Shown here: piece by piece, positions 39,951 through 49,550 of the stretch
Position numbering within the stretch: the stretch's first letter is position 1
Layout: every line of letters begins with the position of its first letter
NCBI GenBank assembly: GCA_963704885.1
Contig: CAVPIB010000004.1
Location: forward strand, 832,001-896,000
Direction of reading: 5' to 3'
Length of the DNA stretch: 64,000 nucleotides
Source: an uncultured Actinomycetes bacterium
Lineage (GTDB): Bacteria > Actinomycetota > UBA4738 > HRBIN12
The notes under the pieces: model-generated
The model's input: the letters and a program-made list of their open reading frames with translations, nothing else
The model's database searches: none
What the model was told of the DNA's origin: nothing
Translations under genes and position numbers: made by a program

Positions 39951-40703
39951 TCAGGCGGACCGATCCGCGTAGACGAGACCGTTGCGGAGGGCGTACGAGA
40001 CGGCTTCCAACTTGGAATGGACGCCGAGCTTGACCAGGATGCTCTTCACGTGGCTGCGAACGGTTAGCGGGCTGATATGGAGTGCGGCGGCAGTCTCGGA
40101 GGTTGACCGCCCGTGGGTCAGCAGCGCAAGGATCTGGTGTTCGCGAGTGGTCAGGAGGCCGAACGAGCGGCGCGCCTCGCTTTCCCGTCGACGGGACCGC
40201 TGGAGCCGCCCGATCAGGTTCGGCACGTCGGCCAGGGTGATCGCGATCCCACCGTTCGCCACCTGGCGGATGATCGCGACCAATTCGTTCAAAGCGCGGG
40301 TCTTCAGGACGTAGCCGCGAGCGCCGGCTCGGACGGCCGCCGTGATGAAGTCGGCGTCGTCGATGTCGGTCAGAACGATCACCGATGTTCCGGGGGAGGC
40401 ACGACGGATCTCACGGATCCCTCGTCCCCCGTCCAGATCGTGGACCCGCAGGTCGAGCAGGACAACGTCCGGTTGCATCCGGAGACAAGTGGCCACGGCG
40501 GCCCCGACCGTGCTCACCGCGCCGATCGGCTCCAGATCAGGATCGCTCGATAGATGCATAGCCAAGGCATCCGTGAACATGCGTTGTTCGTCCACCAAGA
40601 GCAGACTGATCCCTGAGGGGTTGACGCCGGGCGACCTCGGAGAAGGGTGATCTCGACCGAGCGGGGAGGAAGCTCCCGCCGGGGACGTGGGGATGACGGG
40701 CAT
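39951..40703 (-). CDS. NarL/FixJ (LuxR-HTH) response regulator, no cognate kinase in window, start uncertain
   Basis: LLVDEQ, PDVVLLD, VLT and GYVLK receiver motifs. LTTREHQIL...TVRSHVKSILVKLGV HTH. Confidence 0.88.
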   Translation of the reverse strand: MPVIPTSPAGASSPLGRDHPSPRSPGVNPSGISLLLVDEQRMFTDALAMHLSSDPDLEPIGAVSTVGAAVATCLRMQPDVVLLDLRVHDLDGGRGIREIRRASPGTSVIVLTDIDDADFITAAVRAGARGYVLKTRALNELVAIIRQVANGGIAITLADVPNLIGRLQRSRRRESEARRSFGLLTTREHQILALLTHGRSTSETAAALHISPLTVRSHVKSILVKLGVHSKLEAVSYALRNGLVYADRSA

Positions 40704-40785
40704 GACTCGTCGAGTCTGACCCAGACCACGTGCGAACGTCAATCCACCGTTAGCGGCTCGGGCGCTCGCCGTCGCTCCCCCTTCC

Positions 40786-41807
40786 TCAGGCTGCCGAGGC
40801 CTCCAGGTCCACCGAGTAGTCGCCGTCGCGTGCCAGGCCGTTCATGCGCGCGCGGTGCGCCAGGGCGCGCTGAGCCGCCTGAACGTTCGCCGGATCCCCA
40901 CCCCACGCGGCAAGGGCCGGCGCCTGAAGAGCTCGCCCGTAGGAGAACGACAGCTCCCACGGATGAGGACCCATGGTGTTCATCTCGTTCAGATGGATGG
41001 TGGCGTCCTGGTCGGACTGCCCACCCGACAGGAACACGATGCCTGGTACGTCCTCCGGGACGTTCGCCGTCAGGCAGCGGACCGTGGCCTCGGCCACCTG
41101 GGGTGGTTCGCGCGCGCCGAGGCGTCCGCGCCCGAAAGGACCATGTTGACCTTGAGGAGCGACCCCGGCAGATCCACCCGCGCGTCCGCGAGCTGCTCGT
41201 AGAGAGCCAGGAGCGTTCGCTGCGTCGCGTCCTCGCAGGCGTCGATCGAGTGGTCGCCATCCATCAGCACCTCTGGCTCCACGATCGGCACGATGGCGGC
41301 CTCCTGACACAGCGCCGCGTATCGCGCCATGGCGTGGGCGTTCGCGCGGATCGCCGATCCCGTGGGGAGGTCTTGGCCGCAGAAGACCGTGGCCCGCCAC
41401 TTCGCGAACCGAGCGCCCAACTCCCGGTACTCAGCGAGCCGCTCCCGCAGCCCGTCCAAACCCTCTGTGACGGTCTCGCCCGGGTAGCCCGCCAGCGACT
41501 TCGCGCCGGTGTCCACCTTGATCCCAGGGATCATGCCCGCCGCGGCCAGTTGCTCCGGGAACGGCGTGCCGTCTTGCGCGGCCTGGCGGATCGTCTCATC
41601 GAACAGGATCACGCCGCTCACATGATCGGCCAAGCCCGGTGTGGTGAACAACAGATCTCGGTAGGCGCGACGGTTGTCCTTGGTCGACTCGACGCCGATC
41701 GAGTCGAACCGCTTCTTGATCGTCCCGCTGCTCTCGTCCGCGGCCAGGATCCCCTTGCCGGGGCCGACCAGCTCACGCGCTGTCGCGCGCAGCGTCTCGG
41801 TGTCCAT
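40786..41807 (-). CDS. fba: Class I fructose-bisphosphate aldolase, frameshift near 41100
   Basis: GILAADES, IKVDTG, FAKWR, VPIVEPEV, LLKVNMV in one frame, then IVFLSGGQS and FSYGRALQ in a second. AAGGAGGA RBS. Confidence 0.92.
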
Positions 41808-41870
41808 GGATGTCCTCCTTAGAAGGTATGGCTCGAACGCGCGTGCCTCGACCGTCCGTCTGGATGGAGC

Positions 41871-42386
41871 CTACCGTTCCACGAACCGGCGCAGGTCGGG
41901 CAGGTGGGCATCGGCGTGGCGGTAAAGACCCTTCGGCCCGCCGAGGATGGAGCCCAGGCGGACGGCGAGCGGACGGCCCCGGCCGAGGGGAGGCTGACGC
42001 CAGGCCGCAGTCGGCACCTGCTCGATGGCGTCGACGAGCTCACGGTGCGTGATGGCGGCTTGGTCCAAGATCCGTCTAGGCGTCAAGCCGGCGACCGCGG
42101 CGAGGGAGTCGGCGTTCACGCCGGTAAGGCCGCGCTCGCGGAGCGCGTCATCGATGGGGGCGCGTGCATCCTCCCCCCAGGCGTCGAGCGCCTCGACGGC
42201 GTGCCGCTCCCAGCTGGCGAGGTGGGCCACCAGATCCACCGGCGACCAGTCTCCTCCGCCGATGCCGGTCCGGACCAGCCGGCCCGCCGGGACCCGACCG
42301 AGCAGCGCGCGCAACTCGCGATCACCGCGTTCCAGTGTCGTGAGCACCTGACGCTTGGTAGGGATGCTTGGTTCGACCGCCACCAT
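41871..42386 (-). CDS. DinB-like four-helix-bundle protein (ClbS/DfsB or MDMPI-like)
   Basis: WSPVDLVAHLASWE and LYRHADAH His motifs. 3' part of track ORF 41871..43481. Confidence 0.6.
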   Translation of the reverse strand: MVAVEPSIPTKRQVLTTLERGDRELRALLGRVPAGRLVRTGIGGGDWSPVDLVAHLASWERHAVEALDAWGEDARAPIDDALRERGLTGVNADSLAAVAGLTPRRILDQAAITHRELVDAIEQVPTAAWRQPPLGRGRPLAVRLGSILGGPKGLYRHADAHLPDLRRFVER

Positions 42387-42430
42387 CCATCGCTCCGCCG
42401 TAGCAAGGACGGCGCTACGGTACCCGAACG

Positions 42431-43819
42431 TCAGTCGTCGGTGATCAGGTGGGCCGTCTCGATCGCCGCAGCTGCCACCTGCCGGAACACGGGCTCCAGG
42501 TCGGACGTCCCCGGGGTGCAGAAGTAGTGATCCCCATCCTGGTTCTCGCTCGGCCCGCAGCCTCCGGGAACATCGTCGATCGTGGGCTGCGTGGCCGCGT
42601 AGGCGAGGTTGGTGGTGGCGGGACGGTTCCTGAAGAGCGCGCTGTCGCTGCCGGAGCAGTTCACCGGCGGGCTGTCCAGCCCATAGGCGATCGTGAAGAT
42701 CGTCTGGCCCTCGTTCTTGGCGATCGTCGCCTTGTTGTTGAAGTAGCCGCACGGCTGCATGGTGCTGGGTTGGTTCGCCTGGCCGTCCGTCATGAAGATG
42801 ATCACGTCGGGCACGTCGTCTCGACCCTGGGTCGCGAGCATCTCGCGTGCCGCGTCCAGCGGGTCGCCCAAGTTCGTGTGGTTGCCGCTCGGCGTTCCGC
42901 CCTGCGACCGAGCCCAGACGTAGTTCTCCGCCCGCTGCAGGCAGTTGATCTGCTGCACCAAGGGATCCGACAGATTGATCGATCCGTCGGCCCGCTTGTA
43001 GCCCTGGCTCAAGGCGGCGTTCTGCCACGTGGAAGCAGCGGAGTTCGGATACAGCTGGTAGGTGGGCGGAGTCGCCCACCGATCCCCGTAGGCGATGCAC
43101 TTGTTCGACGACTGGCCGTACGGCAGCGCGACCATCCCTATCCACTGCGAGGCAGGCTCGTAGAAGTCGAGCACCGAGAGGGCCGCGTTCTTCACGTTGG
43201 TGACGTCGCTCGGCGTCATGCTCCCGGTCCGGTCGAGCACCATCACCACGTCGATGGGAGACGAGGCGGCGCCACACGCCCCCTTGCACGACGCGGCGCT
43301 CACCGCTCCGGTCGAGCCCGAGTTGATGCCGATCACGGGCGCGAAGAAGTAGGGGATGGAGTTGGCCGTCGACAGACGGATGGTGTTGCACTTGTCGCCC
43401 GCGAACGGATCGCACGCGTGGGTGGACCTCCCGGCGCGCGTGGTCCAGCCGGACGACCAGTTGCCGGATGTGGGGCCACATACGAACGGGATGTCGGAGG
43501 CGTCGGGCACGCCGTCGCCGTCACGATCGCCCACCACGCACTTGTAGGAGATGTTCACGCCGACCGAGGCGATCTGCGGCGCATTGGCCACGGCCACGGT
43601 CCTCGCCACATCGGATGCGATGGTCGCTTGCGACGAGCCCTCCACGGGAAGGTCCTGGGCGCCCGCCAGGGCGCCGAAGTCCACCGCGTTCTGCAGGACC
43701 TGGCGCTCGTGGTACAGCCTGCTGATGTCGATCACGAACGCGACAGCAGCGAACAGGATGACGATCGTCAGCGCGAACAGCACGGCGATCGCGCCTCGCT
43801 CGTCCTTAAGACGCTTCAT
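42431..43819 (-). CDS. TadG-like pseudopilin with vWA domain
   Basis: DERG|AIAVLFAL prepilin cleavage site, LQNAVDFGALAGA, MIDAS DRTGS...T...IIFMTDG. Confidence 0.82.
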   Translation of the reverse strand: MKRLKDERGAIAVLFALTIVILFAAVAFVIDISRLYHERQVLQNAVDFGALAGAQDLPVEGSSQATIASDVARTVAVANAPQIASVGVNISYKCVVGDRDGDGVPDASDIPFVCGPTSGNWSSGWTTRAGRSTHACDPFAGDKCNTIRLSTANSIPYFFAPVIGINSGSTGAVSAASCKGACGAASSPIDVVMVLDRTGSMTPSDVTNVKNAALSVLDFYEPASQWIGMVALPYGQSSNKCIAYGDRWATPPTYQLYPNSAASTWQNAALSQGYKRADGSINLSDPLVQQINCLQRAENYVWARSQGGTPSGNHTNLGDPLDAAREMLATQGRDDVPDVIIFMTDGQANQPSTMQPCGYFNNKATIAKNEGQTIFTIAYGLDSPPVNCSGSDSALFRNRPATTNLAYAATQPTIDDVPGGCGPSENQDGDHYFCTPGTSDLEPVFRQVAAAAIETAHLITDD

Positions 43820-43848
43820 GAGCCCTTCGCGTCCGGGGGGCGTTCGCC

Positions 43849-44307
43849 TCATTGCCCCTCGAACCTGGACTCGGACTGCGAGTGCAGGGACAGGGTCGGA
43901 CCCAGACCGGGAACGAACGACCCCACCGGCGTGATCATGTCGTACTCGTAGTCCACGACGACCCTGACGATGTCGCCCTCGACCCACGTGGAGCCCGCCG
44001 GGCATGCGGAGAAGGTGCTGCCGCCGCGGCTGCAGAGCACGCTGATCGTGAGCTTCGATTGGTCGAGGGTCTCTCCGGAGTCGCGCACTCGATCGGTGAT
44101 CGCGCTAACGCTGGAGTTCACCGCAGCGGTGCGTGCGCCCTCACGAGCGGAGTTCACGGCGTTGTTCCATGAGTGGAAGGCGAACCCGAAGTCGATGATG
44201 CCGAACACCAACATGAAGAACAGGGTCGCTACGATCGCGAACTCCACGGCCGCCGCGCCCTTCTGTTCCCGGTGGAACCTGCTCCGGATGCGCTGTGAAC
44301 TCTTCAT
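43849..44307 (-). CDS. TadE-like pseudopilin
   Basis: EQKG|AAAVEFA and AREGARTAAV. Confidence 0.85.
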   Translation of the reverse strand: MKSSQRIRSRFHREQKGAAAVEFAIVATLFFMLVFGIIDFGFAFHSWNNAVNSAREGARTAAVNSSVSAITDRVRDSGETLDQSKLTISVLCSRGGSTFSACPAGSTWVEGDIVRVVVDYEYDMITPVGSFVPGLGPTLSLHSQSESRFEGQ

Positions 44308-44404
44308 TCGCTCCCTCACGAGGAAGACAGAACGCCAAGAGCAACGCTAGGGTTCGGGGCGCATTGGCGGTATTCCGTGTTTCCCGCAGGGCGCTTACGT
44401 ACTT

Positions 44405-45349
44405 CTACGTACGTGTATCGGGGTGGTCAGGGTCATCCACCGGTCCGCTGGGTAGATCCAGCTTCCCTGCCACGCGTCCGAGCCGCTCCATGTAGGCCAC
44501 GATCTTCTCGCGCGCCAGCTCGGCCTCATCGGAAAGACCCTCTAGCTCCGCCAGCCGCCAATGCGACAACAGGACAGGCGTGAGCACCTGCTCCAAGTGG
44601 ATCCGGAAGTTGTAGACGCCGGCCGCCGCCATGCGCTTGGCCTTGCCGGCGAACCCCGGCATGGCCGCACCGGGCATCTGGAAGTTGGTCACCTGGCGGT
44701 GCATGGAGAGAACGGCGGACGAGGGGTCGATCTCCAGGGCCGCCGCGACCATGTCCCGGTAGAACACGTAGTGGAGGTTCTCGTCGGTGGCGATGCGCGA
44801 CGTCAGTCGGATGGCGCTCTCGTCCTCGGTGATGAGGCCGGTGTTGCGGTGCGAGATCCGGGTCGCCAGCTCCTGCATCGTGGTGAAGACCACGGTGTCG
44901 AGTGGGCCGAGCAGCGGCCACTCGGGGTAGTAACCGAGCTCCACCATCTCCATGCGGCCCCGCTCCAGCGGCACGGGATCGATGCCGCGGGTAACCGTGA
45001 GGTAGTCGCGCAGGACGATCGAGTGCCGGCCTTCTTCGGCCGTCCAGCGCCGCAACCACTCGCCCCACGCCTCGTGCCGCCCGAACGCGTCCCAGAGGTT
45101 GAGGTGATAGTAGGGCAGGTTGTCCTCGGTGAGCAGGTTCACCTCTAGCGAGACCGTAGCGATGTCGGAAAGGCGGCTGTCCGAGGGCTGCCACGGCTCC
45201 GCGATGAAGTTGCGTCCTTCCTCATAGGGGACGTACTCGTGCGGGAACCACTCAGCGGTGGTGGCGAGGTGGCGCTCAAGGCCGCTCGTCACTGCCGGCG
45301 CCAGCTCACTCAACAGGTCGGCTGACGCGACCGCGGGGACAACCTTCAT
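44405..45349 (-). CDS. Acyl-ACP desaturase (DesA family, di-iron)
   Basis: WFPHEYVP, LLTEDNLPYY, WTAEEGRH, QELATRISHRNTG, IATDENLH. Confidence 0.9.
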   Translation of the reverse strand: MKVVPAVASADLLSELAPAVTSGLERHLATTAEWFPHEYVPYEEGRNFIAEPWQPSDSRLSDIATVSLEVNLLTEDNLPYYHLNLWDAFGRHEAWGEWLRRWTAEEGRHSIVLRDYLTVTRGIDPVPLERGRMEMVELGYYPEWPLLGPLDTVVFTTMQELATRISHRNTGLITEDESAIRLTSRIATDENLHYVFYRDMVAAALEIDPSSAVLSMHRQVTNFQMPGAAMPGFAGKAKRMAAAGVYNFRIHLEQVLTPVLLSHWRLAELEGLSDEAELAREKIVAYMERLGRVAGKLDLPSGPVDDPDHPDTRT

Positions 45350-45505
45350 CCAGGAGCTCCTCGTTTCGACGTTCGCCAAGGGTACCGGACGTCCAAGCCG
45401 TTCCGTCGATGGTCTGCACTTCGCGCTTCGGGTTCAAGTTCACGCGCGCGCGTCGCCGATAGCAGCCAGGTGAGGGGGAGCCAGACCATCGAACGCGAAG
45501 AAGCT

Positions 45506-47038
45506 ATGCCTGCCCTCTCGCGACGCGCGCTGCTCCGCGGCGCCGCTTTGGGGACCGCGGTCGTGGGGTCGGGAGCCGCTTCTGTCTTGCTGGGCGCCAC
45601 CCCCGCTGAGGCGGCTGCCAGCTTCGCCCCCAAGGATCGGGAACTGCACCTGCTACGCCGGGCCACGCACGGACCCACGCCGGCAACGCTCGCCGAGATC
45701 CGCAGGATGGGGGCCGACAGGTGGCTCGACCAGCAGCTGAAGCCGGGCTCGATCAACGACCAGGCGTGCGAGCAGCTGATCAAGAGCCGCTTCCCCCGAC
45801 TGCAGTGGAGCGTCGTCCAGGCCACGAACACCCTCGACTTCGGATGGGACCTGATGTTCGACCTGGGGGTCGCCTCGATCGCCAGGGCGGCGTGGAGCAA
45901 GCGGCAACTCCTCGAGGTGATGGTCGACTTCTGGTCGAACCATCTGAACGTGACTAACCCGAGCGATGGGGTCTGGTCCACGCGGCACGACTACGACCGG
46001 ACCGTTATCCGCAAGCACGCACTGGGCAAGTACTCCGACATGCTTGTCGCCTCGGCGACGCACCCGTCGATGATGGTCTACCTCAACAACGCCGAGTCCA
46101 CCAAGGACCAACCCAACGAGAACTACGGGCGCGAGCTGTTGGAGCTCCATTCGGTCGGCGTGGAAGCCGGGTACAGCGAGGAGGAGATGTACAACTCCAC
46201 GCTGATCATGACCGGGTTCGCGATCGACTGGGAAACATACCTATTCAAGTACTACCCGGACTGGCACTACACGGGAAACGTGAAGGTCCTCGGGTGGTCA
46301 TCCAGCAACTCGAGCGAGAACGGCCGTGACCTGGGGCTCAAGTACGTTCGCTACCTGGCGCACCACCCAGCGACCGCCAGGCGGATCGCCAAGAAGCTCT
46401 GCGAACGGTTCGTCGGCGACAAGCCTCCCGCCCCACTGGTGACCCTCCTCGCCAAGACCTACCTGAATAACGACACGGCGATCGTCCCGGTTCTGCGCGC
46501 GCTGTTCGCGTCGAAGTCGTTCGCCGACTCGGTGGGACAGAAGGTCCGCCGACCGCGGGAGGACATCGTGGCCACCCTGAGGGCGCTCGGCGTGGGCCCC
46601 GACACGGGGGGCGGAACCGAGGGCATGCAGGGCCTCTACTGGATGATCAGCGATCTAGGCGACCTGCCGCTCGCCTGGTCGCAGCCGAACGGCTACCCCG
46701 ACACGGCCGATGCGTGGCGATCCGCCGGGAGCAGCCTGGGCCGGTGGAACAGCCACATGTCGCTCGCGGCGCACTGGTGGCCGTCCCAGCTCTCGCTCCC
46801 CGACCTGCGCAAACACCTGCTGCCCAAGAAGCTCCCGAAGACGCATGGCGAGATGATCGACGAGCTCGCAAAGAGACTGGTCTTCCGGGCGCTCAGCTCG
46901 AACCACCGCGCGGCCGTGCTCGGGTTCTTGAGGAAGGGCGCCAACGCCCCCCTGAGCGAGGGCGACAACGCGGTCAACGACCAGCTTGCGTCCGTCGTGG
47001 CGCTGATCCTCGACTCCCCCTACTTCCAGGTGCGGTGA
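45506..47038 (+). CDS. DUF1800 family protein, Tat signal
   Basis: SRRALLRG, HLLRRATHG, MVDFWSNHL, MMVYLNN, PNENYGRELLELHSVG. Confidence 0.88.
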   Translation: MPALSRRALLRGAALGTAVVGSGAASVLLGATPAEAAASFAPKDRELHLLRRATHGPTPATLAEIRRMGADRWLDQQLKPGSINDQACEQLIKSRFPRLQWSVVQATNTLDFGWDLMFDLGVASIARAAWSKRQLLEVMVDFWSNHLNVTNPSDGVWSTRHDYDRTVIRKHALGKYSDMLVASATHPSMMVYLNNAESTKDQPNENYGRELLELHSVGVEAGYSEEEMYNSTLIMTGFAIDWETYLFKYYPDWHYTGNVKVLGWSSSNSSENGRDLGLKYVRYLAHHPATARRIAKKLCERFVGDKPPAPLVTLLAKTYLNNDTAIVPVLRALFASKSFADSVGQKVRRPREDIVATLRALGVGPDTGGGTEGMQGLYWMISDLGDLPLAWSQPNGYPDTADAWRSAGSSLGRWNSHMSLAAHWWPSQLSLPDLRKHLLPKKLPKTHGEMIDELAKRLVFRALSSNHRAAVLGFLRKGANAPLSEGDNAVNDQLASVVALILDSPYFQVR

Positions 47039-47042
47039 CCAG

Positions 47043-48338
47043 ATGACGACAGAGACATCGAGCGATCCGAACGCTCCCAAGCTGAAGGCGTGTGGCTGCC
47101 CGGAGACGGGCATCTCCCGCAGAGACTTCCTGAAGAGCGCCGCCGCCGCAGGCGTGATAGCCAGCGTTGCCTCGGACACGCTCGCCACCCGGCTCGCCTT
47201 CGCCGCCTCGCCGTACACGGGCGACGTCCTGATCGTCCTGTCTCTGCGGGGTGGGTTCGACGGGCTGCAGGCGATCGTGCCCGCAGCCGACCCCGATTAC
47301 CTGACGTGGCGGCCGAACGTCGGCATCCCTACATCCACGCTGATCCAGCTGGACGCCACGTTCGGGATGCACCCGGCCATGGCCCCGCTCAAGCCGCTCT
47401 GGGACTCGGGGCAGTTCGGCGTCGTCCAGGCAGTGGGTCAGGAGCAGCCGAACCGCTCGCACTTCTCGGCCATGGAGGAGATGGAGCGGTCGGCGCCGGG
47501 GGCGTCGGTCCGAACGGGCTGGATCGATCGCGTCCTTGGTGGTCGCGGCACCGGCAGCGCGTTCCAGGGGATGCAGGTCGGCAGCGGGATGGCTGCGCCT
47601 GCCTTCCTGGGACCCAGCGCGGAGCTGGCGGTCTGGTCCGTGGATTCGTTCGGCCTGGACGCGGCGTGGGACGCCGAGCAGCGCGGTCTGTGGGATGCGG
47701 CGCTCCGCGGTCTGCATACGGGCGCGCCCGACAGCCTGAAGCAGCCGGCGAACGCCGCACTCGGCGCGCTCAACACCACATCAGCGATGCAGGCGGCGGG
47801 TTACGTGCCGGAGGGCGGCGCTGCCTATCCGGACGGCTACCTGGGAGACGCTCTCATGGACGTCGCGCGCCTGATCAAGGCGAACGTGGGCTTGCAGGTG
47901 GCGGCCGTGGACTACGGCGACTGGGACATGCACGCTGGGATGGGCACGGTGGACGACGGGTGGCTGTTCGAACACCTCACGGAGCTATCGCAGGCTCTCG
48001 CGGCGTTCGCGACAGATCTGGGTCCGTTCATGGCCAACGTGACCCTGGTGACGCTCACGGAGTTCGGCCGCCGGGTGGAAGAGAACGGCTCAGGCGGCAC
48101 GGACCACGGCTTCGGCCAGCTGGTCCTGCTGCTCGGCGGCGGGGTCGAGGGTGGCATGGTTCACGGGGTCTGGCCCGGTCTGGCTCCCTCCAGCCTGATC
48201 GACGGCGACCTGAACGGCACGAACGACTACCGAACGGTGCTGGCCGAGATCTTGGAGAAGCGCTGCGAGGCCAGTTCGGTCAACCAGATCTTCCCGGGCG
48301 TGCCGTCCAGCCGGATCGGCGTCGTCCGCCCGCGCTGA
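47043..48338 (+). CDS. DUF1501 family protein, Tat signal
   Basis: SRRDFLK, LRGGFDGL, NRSHF, WDMH, TEFGRR, GTDHG. Confidence 0.88.
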   Translation: MTTETSSDPNAPKLKACGCPETGISRRDFLKSAAAAGVIASVASDTLATRLAFAASPYTGDVLIVLSLRGGFDGLQAIVPAADPDYLTWRPNVGIPTSTLIQLDATFGMHPAMAPLKPLWDSGQFGVVQAVGQEQPNRSHFSAMEEMERSAPGASVRTGWIDRVLGGRGTGSAFQGMQVGSGMAAPAFLGPSAELAVWSVDSFGLDAAWDAEQRGLWDAALRGLHTGAPDSLKQPANAALGALNTTSAMQAAGYVPEGGAAYPDGYLGDALMDVARLIKANVGLQVAAVDYGDWDMHAGMGTVDDGWLFEHLTELSQALAAFATDLGPFMANVTLVTLTEFGRRVEENGSGGTDHGFGQLVLLLGGGVEGGMVHGVWPGLAPSSLIDGDLNGTNDYRTVLAEILEKRCEASSVNQIFPGVPSSRIGVVRPR

Positions 48339-48353
48339 CGGGACATCCCTTCG

Positions 48354-48439
48354 TGCCCGGGGTGGGATTCGAACCCACACGCCCCGCTAGGGGCAGGCGC
48401 TTTTAAGGCGCCGTCGTCTGCCAGTTCCGACACCCGGGC
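48354..48439 (-). tRNA. tRNA-Leu(UAA), bldA-type, CCA not encoded
   Basis: GCCCGGG acceptor stem, D-loop GGAACTGGCAGAC, anticodon arm GGCGC-CTTAAAA-GCGCC, long variable arm GCCCC-TAGC-GGGGC, T arm GTGGG-TTCGAAT-CCCAC, discriminator A. Confidence 0.96.
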
Positions 48440-48452
48440 TGGGCACACGATG

Positions 48453-49427
48453 CTAGCCGCTGACGGGCCGTTGAGGGACGTGTTCCCCTCGACCGGCGAT
48501 CCATCCGATCGTTCGGCGGAGTCCTTCCTCGAACGTGACGGTCGGTCGGTAGCCGAGTCCCTCGAGCGCCGCGCCGATATCGCTCCAGCTATCGCGGATC
48601 TCACCGCGTCGCGCCGGTCCATGGACCGCTTCCGGGTGATCGCCGGGAACGAGGGAGCGGATCGTGGTCAGGAGTTCGTTCACCGTCCGACGCTCGCCTC
48701 GGCCGATGTTGAACGCGCGACCCCACGCCGCCTCGGGTGCCGTCGATGCCAGAAGGTTGGCGCGTACGACGTCCTCCACGAAGACGAAGTCGCGCGCTTG
48801 CTCGCCGTCACCGAACACGGTGGGGATCCCGCGGGCCAGGGAGAGCGAGATGAATCGCGGGATCGCCGACGCATAGTCGGAGCTCGGGTCCTGTCGCGGA
48901 CCGAAGACGTTCAGGTATCGCAGGGCGACCGTGGGCAGTCCCCAGGTGCGGGTGAACGCCTCGAGGTAGCGCTCCCCGGCCAGTTTGGAAACCCCGTACG
49001 GAGATACCGGACGCGTGGGCATAGCCTCGTGGAGCGGAAGCACATCGGAGTTCCCGTAAACCGCCGCGGATGACGCGTAGACCACACGCTCTACCTCGGC
49101 GTCTCGCGCGGCCACCAGGACGTTCAGCGTTCCCGTCACGTTGACCTGGTTGGTGGCGACCGGGTCGTCGACGGAACGCGCTACGGATGGGATGGCCGCC
49201 TCATGGAACACGAGTTGAGATCCGCGGACGGCTCGAGCCACAGCGTCTAGATCGCGCACGTCGCCGTCGATCAGCTCGATGTCGGCAGAGACATCCGCCA
49301 GGTTGTCGAGCCGGCCGGTCGAGAGATCGTCCAGGACGCGCACACCGTGCCCCTCGTTCAACAGGGCGTGCACCAGGTTGGAACCTATGAAGCCGGCGCC
49401 TCCGGTAACGACACTAGTCTGACTCAT
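48453..49427 (-). CDS. NAD-dependent nucleotide-sugar epimerase/dehydratase (extended SDR, WbpP/GalE-like)
   Basis: VTGGAGFIGS, YGVSK (YxxxK), LRYLNVFGPRQ, GDGEQARDF. Confidence 0.92.
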   Translation of the reverse strand: MSQTSVVTGGAGFIGSNLVHALLNEGHGVRVLDDLSTGRLDNLADVSADIELIDGDVRDLDAVARAVRGSQLVFHEAAIPSVARSVDDPVATNQVNVTGTLNVLVAARDAEVERVVYASSAAVYGNSDVLPLHEAMPTRPVSPYGVSKLAGERYLEAFTRTWGLPTVALRYLNVFGPRQDPSSDYASAIPRFISLSLARGIPTVFGDGEQARDFVFVEDVVRANLLASTAPEAAWGRAFNIGRGERRTVNELLTTIRSLVPGDHPEAVHGPARRGEIRDSWSDIGAALEGLGYRPTVTFEEGLRRTIGWIAGRGEHVPQRPVSG

Positions 49428-49550
49428 ACTAGTAAGCTCCAGAGGGAGGCTCCTATATCGCCGCAGGCGTAGTGCGCTTCGGACACCGACCGAACCTAAC
49501 AGGCGACCACCGGCAGGTGGCGCCCCGGACTATGCCGCTACCATCGATCG

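Noticed and set aside
41090-41110. Programmed frameshift in fba, GH-1 or GH-2
   Set aside because: No slippery heptamer or long homopolymer is evident. Scattered single indels across unrelated genes fit sequencing error better.
41871-43481. 536-aa ORF as a single protein
   Set aside because: The first ~365 codons overlap the TadG-like gene in another frame and look non-coding. Only the last 171 aa are DinB-like.
48354-48380. tRNA-Leu 3' end as the attachment site of an island containing the glycan locus
   Set aside because: I saw no second copy of the tRNA 3' end and no integrase. Housekeeping-type genes (fba, desaturase) lie between the tRNA and the locus.
49412-49434. Recurring ACTAGT sites (also ~13604, ~19264, ~38928) as a regulatory motif
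   Set aside because: A 6-bp palindrome with inconsistent position (some inside coding sequence). Too little information to support.
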